Assembly: GCA_017993955.1 (NCBI GenBank)
Contig: JAGOLR010000001.1
Location: 15,876-79,875, forward strand
Source: Candidatus Omnitrophota bacterium
Lineage (GTDB): Bacteria > Omnitrophota > Gorgyraeia > 2-01-FULL-45-10
DNA: 64,000 nucleotides
Reading direction: 5' to 3'
In this document: positions 33,284 to 42,744 of the stretch, piece after piece
Layout of the letters: the number at the start of each line of letters is the position of its first letter
Numbering within the stretch: position 1 is the stretch's first letter
The notes under the pieces: generated by a model
What the model was told of the DNA's origin: nothing
The model's input: only the letters and a program-made list of their open reading frames with translations
Databases searched by the model: none
Position numbers and translations under genes: made by a program

Positions 33284-34365
33284 CCGAGGCATTCCCGAGC
33301 GGCATACAGGCATTTATTGAATCCGTCCAGTGGACATATGCCAAAACATATGCTACCACGTGGCCGCATTGGTATATTGTTAGAAAGAATGTCGACGAGA
33401 AGATGTTTGTTAGGCTTGTTGAGCATATAAGGGCTCATGGTTACGATGGGAAATTTTATAAACAGACGAACAAGTATATCGACGATGATAAATATAGTTA
33501 TTGGACCATGGGGGCTCCGATAGATGAGACCGAGGTTATTAACCGTTGCTTAAAAGAAGATACATATGAACGACGGCTGGCGAAAGGGACGTTGCCGAAG
33601 CAAGGAAAGACAGACGAGCCTGAGCCTGTGTACCAGGTTGATACATATTTCGATTTTCGGCTGGATGCGCATGGGAAAGATCCGGATACTCATAGCCCCG
33701 CCTTGAGGAGCTGCCACAAATTGCTCTGGAGTAAACCTCTCCCAGGCGGAAAGCTCTTTGAGTTGGTCGAGCGTGGAGCCTACCTATATTACAAATCGGA
33801 AGTCAAAGAATTCTGTCTGTCGAGCGATGCAGTGATTCCAACATTTAGATGGAATGATAAGATCCAAAACATCATCGCAGAGATTCCCGATGAGTTTGAT
33901 CGGTTCAGTGCTATTGGTTATACGATCGGTGGAATGATGGTGTTCCCGGCGCTAAAAGTAGGGAGAAAATGGACGATCAATCAAGCTCGCGGATGTCACC
34001 CCCGGATTAAAGATCGATTTGATCTCACGGTCGAGTGCATTCGGCGGTATTATTTACCTCTACCGGATCAAAAACGTAGCCCTCTGCTTGAAGTCTTGGC
34101 GCGCTATGACGATTTTTTTAACCTGTTTAAAGATTTTCGCGGATACGTCAAATTCTTTCTTTTGCAAGACATCGTCAATGACGAATGCACAGAGGTACAG
34201 TTTTTCGCGCCGTTCGATGATTTTAAGACATCACCGCTCCCCCAAAGCAAAGAGGCATACGAAAGATACATGAAGAAAGCCATTGAATTTATCGAAGCGC
34301 GAAACAAAAGAATCAGAGAATATCGCGATTGGTGTAAGCAGTCGGAAATTTCGGGGAGGAATTAA
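33280..34365 (+). CDS. Hypothetical protein (island gene 3); N-terminal region with tentative YDG/SRA-like motif
   Basis: 361 aa. TWPHWYIVRK ... RAHGYDGKFYKQTNKYIDDDKYSYWTMG loosely recalls the GGY.DD....F.YTG.GG signature of the SRA (YDG) base-flipping domain. Its start overlaps the upstream stop. Confidence 0.4.
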   Translation: MTEAFPSGIQAFIESVQWTYAKTYATTWPHWYIVRKNVDEKMFVRLVEHIRAHGYDGKFYKQTNKYIDDDKYSYWTMGAPIDETEVINRCLKEDTYERRLAKGTLPKQGKTDEPEPVYQVDTYFDFRLDAHGKDPDTHSPALRSCHKLLWSKPLPGGKLFELVERGAYLYYKSEVKEFCLSSDAVIPTFRWNDKIQNIIAEIPDEFDRFSAIGYTIGGMMVFPALKVGRKWTINQARGCHPRIKDRFDLTVECIRRYYLPLPDQKRSPLLEVLARYDDFFNLFKDFRGYVKFFLLQDIVNDECTEVQFFAPFDDFKTSPLPQSKEAYERYMKKAIEFIEARNKRIREYRDWCKQSEISGRN

Positions 34366-34368
34366 GTT

Positions 34369-35331
34369 ATGAAGCTGTTCAGGGCGCTAGACGATGATTT
34401 CATGGCGGATCTTTCAGGGGGGAAATTAAATTATATATTACAATTTGAAAGAGACTACAGGAAATCGCTCATCGTTGAAATTAGGGATAATTATTTGGAG
34501 CTGTATTTTTTGGGGCATGCGATAAAAGTTACACGGGACAAACAAGCGCGGTATTGTCTATCCGCTTCGACAACGTTCGACCCTTGCCGTGCTTCATGTA
34601 ATGAATTTAAGGACATTGTTACACGGGCAGGTTCCGGACGATGGAAGGTATATTTTAACGATATAAACGATTACGACCAGTTTTACCGTCTTATGAGAAC
34701 GGTTATTGCTGAAATAGTGATCCGCAAGGAGGGTGATATATCCGAAGGCGTTAGCGAGCTTAATCATCATGCAGATAACATGGCAATCGGAAAGAACGGC
34801 ATACTTGTTATCGACAAGCAGGTCGTATATCCCGGCATAAGGAAAAATAGAATCGATCTTTTGGGGGTTAGAAGGCTTCCCGGTAAAAAAGATCTGTTTA
34901 CATTTTCAGTCATTGAATTAAAAAATAAGAATAATCCCCAGATTGGGGAGGTTTTTACTCAAACTCGACGCTATATAGATCTTATATACGATAAGAGGGA
35001 AATCTATGAGGACTTTAGAAGTACCTACGCGACAGTTATACGTCAAAAAATCGAGTTAGGATTGATCAAGCGGATCAGATGCAATATTGCGCCCTGGGAT
35101 GCAATATCAAAGCAAGATATCGCAGGCCTAGTAATTCTCGACAATTTTAATATGAGAAGGGATCTCCAAGAGAACGGGCTGATGCAAAGAGCCCTGCGCG
35201 ATTGGAAGCAAATACCAAAAATCTATAACATAAAATTTTTCATGAAGACAAATGTCCTTGATGACACATTCTTTTTAGGATATCAGGATGCGTTAAAGCT
35301 ATACGCAGAATATCGAAGATGCAACTCATAA
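34369..35331 (+). CDS. Hypothetical protein with PD-(D/E)xK-like nuclease motif (island gene 4)
   Basis: 320 aa. ILVIDKQ ... RIDLLGV ... FSVIELKNK gives a D...ExK signature. Unknown N-terminal domain. Confidence 0.45.
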   Translation: MKLFRALDDDFMADLSGGKLNYILQFERDYRKSLIVEIRDNYLELYFLGHAIKVTRDKQARYCLSASTTFDPCRASCNEFKDIVTRAGSGRWKVYFNDINDYDQFYRLMRTVIAEIVIRKEGDISEGVSELNHHADNMAIGKNGILVIDKQVVYPGIRKNRIDLLGVRRLPGKKDLFTFSVIELKNKNNPQIGEVFTQTRRYIDLIYDKREIYEDFRSTYATVIRQKIELGLIKRIRCNIAPWDAISKQDIAGLVILDNFNMRRDLQENGLMQRALRDWKQIPKIYNIKFFMKTNVLDDTFFLGYQDALKLYAEYRRCNS

Positions 35332-36611
35332 TTCATCGCGGCACACATAATATAGGCGGGACATGCGTTGAGATTGCCACTGCGCAGTCCCGCATTATTA
35401 TTGACCTTGGCATGCCTCTCGAAGAGAATGGAGAGCGGTTTGATATTAGGAAATATAAACACCTTTCCGAGCCGGATCTGGTCAAGGAGGGCAAGCTACC
35501 CGATGTCAAAGGCCTCTATAAATGGGATACAGAATCAAAGAGAATCGACGCTATCCTTATTTCCCACTCCCATCAGGACCATTACGGCTATCTCTCCTAT
35601 GTAAATCCTGCTATCCCGATCTATGCGAGCGAGGGATGCAAAGAGCTCATGGCCGTTGCGTACTATTTCGGGCAGAGCAGATTTGATCCCGCAAACGTGA
35701 TCGTGAAGAAGCCGTGGGATACCTTTAAGGATATTGCGGGAATGGAAGTGACGCCATATCTGGTTGATCACTCGGCGGCCGATGCGTTTGCATATCTAAT
35801 CGAGGCAGATAAAAAGCGGATATTTTATGCGGGAGATTTCCGGGGGCATGGCAAAAAGAAGATCCTCTTTGAGAACATGCTTAAGCACCCACCAAAAAAC
35901 ATAGATCTTTTAATGCTTGAGGGGACCACCATTGAGGCAGCAAGAGTGGAGGAGCAGGCTTCCGAGCAGGACGTGGAAGAAAAGCTGGTGAGCTTGTTCG
36001 GCGAAAACAACAAGCTCGTTATATTCGCATGCTCTCATCAGAACATCGATCGATTAACAGTTCTTTATAATGCTTGCTTAAGGACCGATAAGACGCTGGC
36101 GATGATCCCATACACAGCATATATACTGCACAAGTTGAAGATACTTTCAGATAAGATTCCGCAGCATAGTATGAAAAACATTCGTGTTTTCTTCGAAGGC
36201 ACGCCGAATACGAAACGAGTTCTGGCAGACGAAGAACTTTGCGAAAAGCTCAGGAGGGTATATATCGGCTACGACGAGATCGTAGCCCATAAAGAGCGCA
36301 TGGTGGTGCTCGATTCCACATTTGTAAGGAAGCAGTTCGGAAGGCGTGGATATCTGAAAGATGCGATGCTGATATATTCGCTTTGGGACGGATACCTTGA
36401 AGATGTGAAACCATTCTGGGATGATCACGGCGTTCATATCAAAAAATTACATTCAAGCGGCCATGCGAGCGTAGACGAATTAAAACAATTTGTGAGTGCC
36501 CTTAAGCCGGCGCGTATTATTCCTATACACACCAAGCATCCGGAAAAATTTCACGAGCATTTTGGTGATATAGTGATGAAGGTTTCAGATGGAGAGCGGG
36601 TAAATTTGTGA
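35319..36611 (+). CDS. Metallo-beta-lactamase-fold beta-CASP-type nuclease (RNase J/CPSF-like) (island gene 5)
   Basis: 430 aa. The N-terminal G-rich segment (HRGTHNIGGTCVEI) and the HSHQDH, DHS and GDF motifs match the MBL fold. SSGHAS and PIHTKHPE match beta-CASP motifs B and C. It overlaps the upstream gene by 13 nt. Confidence 0.6.
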   Translation: MQLIIHRGTHNIGGTCVEIATAQSRIIIDLGMPLEENGERFDIRKYKHLSEPDLVKEGKLPDVKGLYKWDTESKRIDAILISHSHQDHYGYLSYVNPAIPIYASEGCKELMAVAYYFGQSRFDPANVIVKKPWDTFKDIAGMEVTPYLVDHSAADAFAYLIEADKKRIFYAGDFRGHGKKKILFENMLKHPPKNIDLLMLEGTTIEAARVEEQASEQDVEEKLVSLFGENNKLVIFACSHQNIDRLTVLYNACLRTDKTLAMIPYTAYILHKLKILSDKIPQHSMKNIRVFFEGTPNTKRVLADEELCEKLRRVYIGYDEIVAHKERMVVLDSTFVRKQFGRRGYLKDAMLIYSLWDGYLEDVKPFWDDHGVHIKKLHSSGHASVDELKQFVSALKPARIIPIHTKHPEKFHEHFGDIVMKVSDGERVNL

Positions 36612-36843
36612 TGGGGACTTATCGGCCGAGGCGCAAAGGTGGCATGGTGAAGCGGCACTCAGAGCGTAATTTTTTCAACGAACAAGGAAAAGATTATTGT
36701 TTCCTTGAGAAGGTATCCGGCGGCGGTCTGTTTTTCATAGAAAACAAGCGCAGTGTAAGAATGGCAATTTACAGAATTCTGTTGATGTAGCCAAATCTTA
36801 ATCCGTCTTTTTCGAGCAGGATAAATGTAGTATAATAATAGAT

Positions 36844-37536
36844 ATGAAAGAGACCATTCTTATCGTAGAGGACGAAAAAGATATAGTCAAAATGCTTGAC
36901 TATAATCTTAAGAAGGAGGGGTTCAGGACCTTATCTGTCCGCAATGGCGAAGACGCGGTAGATTTGGCCAAAAAGGAAAGGCCGGACATGATCGTTTTGG
37001 ATCTGATGCTTCCCGGGATCGACGGACTGGAAGTCTGTAAACGATTAAAGAAAGACGGGAAAACCGCGTCAATCCCTATCATAATGTTGACCGCGAAGAG
37101 CCAGGAGTCGGATAAGATAGTAGGGCTTGAATTAGGCGCCGACGACTATATGACCAAGCCTTTTAGCCCGAGAGAGTTGATAGCGCGGATCAAAGCGGTT
37201 TTGCGCCGCGGCAAAGAAAGGGTTGAAGAGGCCGGCATTATAAAGACAGGCGGTTTAAATTTAGACTTGGACAAGATCGCGGTCACCGTTAAGGGTAAGG
37301 CCGTCGAACTCACCTCAAAGGAATTCGAACTTCTTAAGACACTGATGCAATCAAGGGGCAGAGTCTTATCCAGGGACTATCTTTTGGATACAATATGGGG
37401 CTTCGAGCAATCCTCGGAGATCCAAACCAGGACCGTAGATGTGCATATAAGAACATTGCGCAAAAAGTTAAAAAGCGAATCGGAACGCATCGTCACAGTT
37501 AAAAATTACGGGTATAGATTCGACGACGGAGATTAG
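36844..37536 (+). CDS. phoB: OmpR/PhoB-family response regulator
   Basis: REC domain (ILIVEDEKDIV...DLMLPGIDGL) plus winged-helix trans_reg_C. It lies upstream of a sensor kinase and the pst operon. Confidence 0.8.
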   Translation: MKETILIVEDEKDIVKMLDYNLKKEGFRTLSVRNGEDAVDLAKKERPDMIVLDLMLPGIDGLEVCKRLKKDGKTASIPIIMLTAKSQESDKIVGLELGADDYMTKPFSPRELIARIKAVLRRGKERVEEAGIIKTGGLNLDLDKIAVTVKGKAVELTSKEFELLKTLMQSRGRVLSRDYLLDTIWGFEQSSEIQTRTVDVHIRTLRKKLKSESERIVTVKNYGYRFDDGD

Positions 37537-37543
37537 GTGATAG

Positions 37544-39325
37544 ATGAGGAGAAAAAGAAGCTTTAAGTCAAACCTGATCCTCTCGTATATTTTTATAATA
37601 TCGGTATCTTTCGGCTTCATAGCGTTCTTTCTGGATAAAACCCTGGAAGAAAATTCCCTCCGCAATATCAAAGACTCTCTCATAACGCAAGCCCATTTAA
37701 TGGAAAATCAGATTACTTCCGTTACTTTAAAAAAAGAAGACCCCGCCTCTCTGGATATTTTAGCGAAAAAGTTAGGCGCAAAAACGCAATGCCGCATTAC
37801 CGTTATTGACAGAAAAGGGGCGGTTCTTGCGGATTCCGGGAAATCCAAAGAAGAGATCCTCCTTATGGAGAATCATATCAATCGCCAGGAGGTGCGGTCG
37901 GCTTTAGCCGGGGATATAGGTATCGATATACGGTATTCTCCGACCTTGAAGATCGACATGCTGTATGTTGCCCTGGCGATTAAAGACGAAGGGAAGATCG
38001 ACGGTATTTTAAGGCTGGCTCTGCCTCTCGAGATCGTACAAAAAACCTTATTTGCCATCAGAAAGACAGTAGCCATCGGGCTCATTTTCGCCGTAGCCCT
38101 GGCCTTTCTCTTAGGTTCGATAGTCGCGGCCAATACGATAAGGCCGATCAACAGAATGATCCAGATCTCGCGCCGGTTCGCCGAAGGCGATTTTACGCGC
38201 AGGATAATCCAAAGCCCTGAAGACGAGATCGGGGAACTCGCGGAGACCCTGAATAAAATGGCTCAAGACATAGAGGACAAGATAAAGGAGATCCAAACGC
38301 AGCATCAGAAGCTTACGGCTATTTTTAACAGTATGGTCGAAGGAGTGATAGTTTTAGATAGGAACGCCCATATAGTTTCGGTAAACCATACTATCGAGAA
38401 GATATTCAATATTACGAAAAAAGACGTTCAAGGAAAACCATTTTTAGAAGCGGTGCGAAACAACGATATCGCGGATGTCGTGACTTCTGTTTTGGGAAAA
38501 GGGCAGGGCCGGTCGGCAGAGCTGGAGCTTGTCTACCCGGTGCGCAGGATATTCGAGGTTAGCGCAACCCCCATCTTTGATAATAATAATGTAACGGGTT
38601 CTTTGGTGGTTATCCATGATATAACCCAGATAAGAAGGCTTGAGACGATGCGCAGTGATTTTATAGCCAATGTATCTCATGAGTTAAAGACGCCGCTTAC
38701 TTCTATAAAGGGTTTTATCGAGACGCTCCTCGAAGGAGCCATGGATGATAAAGAAAATAACCGCAACTTTCTTGCGATAATCCAAGACCATGCGGAAAGG
38801 CTCGACACCTTGGTGAGCGACCTCCTTTCCTTGTCGCATCTGGAATCAAAAGAAATCTCTCTCGAGAAGGAAGCTGTAAACTTAAACCGTCTTGTCGAAA
38901 GAGTGGCGCTGGGATTCGAGTCTCAGCTTCGCGGGAAGGCCATAGAGATCAAAAACGAATTAGAGGGTGAACTTTTTGTCAAGGCAGATAAACACAGATT
39001 GGAGCAGGTTTTTACTAACCTTATCGATAATGGGATAAAGTTCAATAAGAATAAGGGATCTATTAAAATTTACTGCCATGACTCAAAAGATAAAGTAAAA
39101 ATTTTTGTAGAAGACTCCGGTATCGGCATCCCGGCAAAAGACATCCCGCGCATTTTTGAGAGGTTTTACCGGGTTGACAAAGCTCGCTCGCGCGAACTCG
39201 GCGGGACGGGCCTCGGCCTATCCATCGTCAAACATATCGTCGAGCTGCACGGCGGTAGCGTAGGCGTAGAAAGCGTCGAAAATTCCGGGTCGAAATTCTG
39301 GTTAACCCTGCCAAAGTCTCATTAA
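37544..39325 (+). CDS. phoR: Sensor histidine kinase (PhoR-like; TM-sensor-HAMP-PAS-HisKA-HATPase)
   Basis: 593 aa. H-box SHELKTPLTSIKG, and G-boxes DSGIGIP and GGTGLGLSIV. Confidence 0.8.
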   Translation: MRRKRSFKSNLILSYIFIISVSFGFIAFFLDKTLEENSLRNIKDSLITQAHLMENQITSVTLKKEDPASLDILAKKLGAKTQCRITVIDRKGAVLADSGKSKEEILLMENHINRQEVRSALAGDIGIDIRYSPTLKIDMLYVALAIKDEGKIDGILRLALPLEIVQKTLFAIRKTVAIGLIFAVALAFLLGSIVAANTIRPINRMIQISRRFAEGDFTRRIIQSPEDEIGELAETLNKMAQDIEDKIKEIQTQHQKLTAIFNSMVEGVIVLDRNAHIVSVNHTIEKIFNITKKDVQGKPFLEAVRNNDIADVVTSVLGKGQGRSAELELVYPVRRIFEVSATPIFDNNNVTGSLVVIHDITQIRRLETMRSDFIANVSHELKTPLTSIKGFIETLLEGAMDDKENNRNFLAIIQDHAERLDTLVSDLLSLSHLESKEISLEKEAVNLNRLVERVALGFESQLRGKAIEIKNELEGELFVKADKHRLEQVFTNLIDNGIKFNKNKGSIKIYCHDSKDKVKIFVEDSGIGIPAKDIPRIFERFYRVDKARSRELGGTGLGLSIVKHIVELHGGSVGVESVENSGSKFWLTLPKSH

Positions 39326-39376
39326 CCCCAACACAAATACTTTACCTGCATTTTACCTGCCCTTGAAGCGCATTTA

Positions 39377-40084
39377 ATGTCGATGGTCTATACTCTTTTC
39401 CGTAAAAGAAAGGAGGAGGACATGCTCAAAAACATCATTAAGTCGGTATTGGTATTGTTTTTGGTGACCTTCGGCTTTAAGGCGCATGCCTATGATGACG
39501 GTGATTTCCAGATCTGGCACACGCAGAACCAGGAGGTGGCGATCGGTAAAGGTACAAAGCTGGTACAGGAAGAGGAGTGGCGTTTTGGCGAAAATGCCAG
39601 CGAGTTTTACTATCAGCATTACGACTGGGGCGCAGTGTACGGATTTGATAAAAGGCTTGATATAGGTCTACACTACCGTCAAGTCTACGAAAAGAACAAA
39701 AAGAAATGGAGGGAGGAGAACAGGCCTCACGTAAACGCGACTTTAAAGTTCGATTTATGGGGGCTGAAGCTCGACGACAGGAATCGTATCGAATACAGGC
39801 ATTTCAGATACAAGAACGATTTCATAAGGTATCGTAATAGATTAACTATAAAATATCCTTTTGATTTCAAAGGTATAAAAGTATCGCCTTACCTTTCGGA
39901 CGAGATCTTTATCTCCTCTAACTCCACAGGGTTCAACGAAAACAGGTTTTATGCGGGTGCGGAATGCGGGCTTACAAAATACGTAAAATTCGACATATAT
40001 TATCTTCTTAAGGAAAATAAGCTTAAAGATTCCAAGTGGTCCTCCGCAAACGTCCTGGGGACGAAGGTCAAGATCATCTTTTGA
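39377..40084 (+). CDS. DUF2490-like outer-membrane protein (start more likely MLKNIIKSV at 39422)
   Basis: Signal peptide plus a beta-rich sequence ending in F. DUF2490 genes frequently accompany pst operons. Confidence 0.45.
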   Translation: MSMVYTLFRKRKEEDMLKNIIKSVLVLFLVTFGFKAHAYDDGDFQIWHTQNQEVAIGKGTKLVQEEEWRFGENASEFYYQHYDWGAVYGFDKRLDIGLHYRQVYEKNKKKWREENRPHVNATLKFDLWGLKLDDRNRIEYRHFRYKNDFIRYRNRLTIKYPFDFKGIKVSPYLSDEIFISSNSTGFNENRFYAGAECGLTKYVKFDIYYLLKENKLKDSKWSSANVLGTKVKIIF

Positions 40085-40168
40085 TATTTTACATGGATTT
40101 AACATTGTCTTAATATGCCCATAACATATTTAAAGTATAATCCAAGTTAATAGAAATGGAGGAAAGGC

Positions 40169-41026
40169 ATGCACAGGATATTGTTATCGATATTTATTAT
40201 AAGCGCGTTTTTTTCTACCTCGGCAATCGCTGCGAAGAACGAAAATTCAATACAGATCAAAGGCTCTGACACTATGGTGAATCTTGGCCAGGCATGGGCT
40301 GAAATATTTATGGGAAAGAACCCTTCAGAATTTGTTGCCGTCACAGGAGGCGGTTCCGGTACCGGATTTTCAAGCCTCATAAGCGGCACTTGCGATATAG
40401 CTATGAGCTCACGAAATATAAAAGAAAAAGAGATTGCCCTGGCCCAGAAGAAGGGTGTAAATCCGTATGAGATAAAGATCGCTCTGGACGGATTGGCGGT
40501 AGTGGTGCATCCCAAAAATCCCTTAGACAAGCTCACCATGGACCAGTTGGCAGGGGTGTTTACAGGGAAGATAAAGAACTGGAGAGAGCTGGGCGGTAAT
40601 AATGAGAAGATAGTTATATTATCACGCGAGGTAAACTCCGGGACGCATGTCTATTTTAAGGAGCATGTTTTGAGGAAGATGGATCCTAATAACACGGAAG
40701 AGTTTGCGCCAGGCGCTCTCATGCTCTCTTCTTCACAGGCCATAGCCGATGAGGTTGCGGCCAACCCCGCTGCCATAGGTTATTACGGCATGGGATATAT
40801 CTCTCCAAAACAGAAAGCCGTTGCTGTGGCAAAGGATGAAACATCCGAATTTGTTATGCCGTCTATAGCGAATGTGCTGAACGGAAGCTATCCCATATCG
40901 CGTCCTCTTTTCATTTACACAAACGGAGAGCCGTCGGGGTTAACTAAAAAATTCATAGACTTTACACTCTCCAAAGAAGGCCAGGACCTTGTGTCCGCTA
41001 CGGATTTCGTGCCGATCAAAGAGTAG
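40169..41026 (+). CDS. pstS: Phosphate ABC transporter substrate-binding protein
   Basis: 285 aa with a signal peptide and the PBP fold (GSDTM, TGGGSGTG). Confidence 0.85.
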   Translation: MHRILLSIFIISAFFSTSAIAAKNENSIQIKGSDTMVNLGQAWAEIFMGKNPSEFVAVTGGGSGTGFSSLISGTCDIAMSSRNIKEKEIALAQKKGVNPYEIKIALDGLAVVVHPKNPLDKLTMDQLAGVFTGKIKNWRELGGNNEKIVILSREVNSGTHVYFKEHVLRKMDPNNTEEFAPGALMLSSSQAIADEVAANPAAIGYYGMGYISPKQKAVAVAKDETSEFVMPSIANVLNGSYPISRPLFIYTNGEPSGLTKKFIDFTLSKEGQDLVSATDFVPIKE

Positions 41027-41032
41027 GGGGTT

Positions 41033-41896
41033 ATGCGTAAAATACAGGAACTTGTAATCGGAAGCCTGATACTTATCTGCGGCGTAGCCTCTATATTCTT
41101 TGTTTTGTTAATATTTTTATTTCTTCTAAAAGAAGGGCTGGCCGTATTTCAGATAGAGAGTCCGCTTCAGTTTCTTTTCGGAAAAAGCTGGTATCCGATA
41201 TCGGAACCGCCCAAGCTCGGTATATTCCCGCTTATTCTGGGCTCGCTCCTGGTGACCGCGGGGGCAGCTGTCATTTCCATACCCATCGGTGTCGGTTGCG
41301 CCATATACATAGCCGAAATAGCCCCCGCCAAGACCAAAGAGGTCCTTAAGGCAGGTATAGAGCTTTTGGCGGCTATACCGAGTGTTGTGCTCGGTTTTAT
41401 AGGAATGGTCACACTAGTGCCATTTGTAAAGACTGTATTTAATCTACCTACCGGGTTAACGGCCCTTTCCGGATCTGTCATGCTGGCATTTATGGCGATG
41501 CCGACCATTGTCTCAATAGCCGAAGACGCCCTGTATTCGGTTCCGAAGACATATAAGGAAGGCGCTCTGGCGCTTGGCGCTACGCATTGGCAGACGATAT
41601 GGCGCGTCATGCTTCCGGCCGCCTCTAGCGGCATACTTGCCGCGGTTATGTTAGGTATCGGCCGCGTAATTGGGGAGACTATGGCGGTAATGATGATAAC
41701 CGGCAATGCAGCGGTGATCCCCCAGAGTATCCTAGTTCCTGTAAGAACGCTTACTGCGACTATTGCGGCAGAGATGGGGGAGGCCGTGGTCGGGAGTGAG
41801 CACTATTTCGCTCTTTTTGCCATCGGTATAGTATTATTTGTGATCAGCTTCGTGATAAACGTGACAGCGGATCTATTTTTACATAAGAGGCAGTGA
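41033..41896 (+). CDS. pstC: Phosphate ABC transporter permease PstC
   Basis: 6-TM permease with the EAA-like loop. Confidence 0.85.
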   Translation: MRKIQELVIGSLILICGVASIFFVLLIFLFLLKEGLAVFQIESPLQFLFGKSWYPISEPPKLGIFPLILGSLLVTAGAAVISIPIGVGCAIYIAEIAPAKTKEVLKAGIELLAAIPSVVLGFIGMVTLVPFVKTVFNLPTGLTALSGSVMLAFMAMPTIVSIAEDALYSVPKTYKEGALALGATHWQTIWRVMLPAASSGILAAVMLGIGRVIGETMAVMMITGNAAVIPQSILVPVRTLTATIAAEMGEAVVGSEHYFALFAIGIVLFVISFVINVTADLFLHKRQ

Positions 41897-42744
41897 TGCG
41901 CAACCCGCACAGGACACAAAAAATAGCTTTTCTGCTTCTTTTTCTGGCGACTCTTCTGATTGTAGTGCCGGTGGGGATGATAGTGGTTATTATTATACAG
42001 AAGGGGTTCCCGGCAATAAGCTGGCAGTTTCTTCTGGATGTCCCAAGACAGGGCATGCGCGCTGGCGGGATATTCCCCGCTATAGTCGGCACCGTATATC
42101 TTGTTACCGGCGCTATAGCCTTCGCCCTTCCCATAGGCCTTCTGGCCGCCATATATTTAAGCGAATATTCCAAGGACAATTTATTAAATCGACTTATAAA
42201 ACTTGCTATTGTAAACCTAGCAGGGGTCCCTTCCGTCGTATATGGCCTTTTCGGACTTGCGCTATTTGTAGTCTTCTTTAAACTTGGAGCGTCGATCCTA
42301 TCCGGTTCCTTGACGCTGGGTATAATGATAATCCCTATAATAATCACATCCTCCCGGGAAGCGCTGGAAAGCGTGCCGCAGTCATTTCGTGAAGTCAGCC
42401 TCTCTCTGGGCGCCAGTAAATGGCAGACGATCCGCCATATAGTTCTGCCCAACGCTATACCGGGCATCTTGACAGGCACAATACTGGGCCTGGGCAGAGC
42501 CGCCGGAGAGACGGCGCCGATACTATTCACGGTAGCGGCGTTTTATCTGCCGCAGCTTCCGAAGTCCATATTCGACCAGGTGATGGCCCTCCCGTACCAT
42601 CTGTATGTTATCTCGACGCAGGTGCCCAACGTCGATGAAAAGATGCGATATGGCACGGCCTTGGTGTTGCTTGCGCTGGTTCTTTTCATGAATCTGGTCG
42701 CGATAATCATACGCTATAAGTTCAGAAAGAAAAAGAAATGGTAA
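41893..42744 (+). CDS. pstA: Phosphate ABC transporter permease PstA
   Basis: Second permease of the pstSCAB operon. Confidence 0.85.
   Translation: MMRNPHRTQKIAFLLLFLATLLIVVPVGMIVVIIIQKGFPAISWQFLLDVPRQGMRAGGIFPAIVGTVYLVTGAIAFALPIGLLAAIYLSEYSKDNLLNRLIKLAIVNLAGVPSVVYGLFGLALFVVFFKLGASILSGSLTLGIMIIPIIITSSREALESVPQSFREVSLSLGASKWQTIRHIVLPNAIPGILTGTILGLGRAAGETAPILFTVAAFYLPQLPKSIFDQVMALPYHLYVISTQVPNVDEKMRYGTALVLLALVLFMNLVAIIIRYKFRKKKKW

Noticed and set aside
36605-36640. TGATGGGGACTTATC as a possible distal att repeat of the tRNA-Glu 3' end
   Set aside because: Only about 8 of 15 positions match GGGGACGCCATC, which is not better than chance. The only convincing repeat is at 31788-31804.
36608-36790. 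60-aa ORF between the island and phoB
   Set aside because: No RBS and no motifs. It overlaps the island gene 5 stop, and the region more likely contains the phoB promoter.
41167-42530. Minus-strand ORFs antisense to pstC and pstA
   Set aside because: Antisense-frame artefacts. The plus-strand permease genes are clear.
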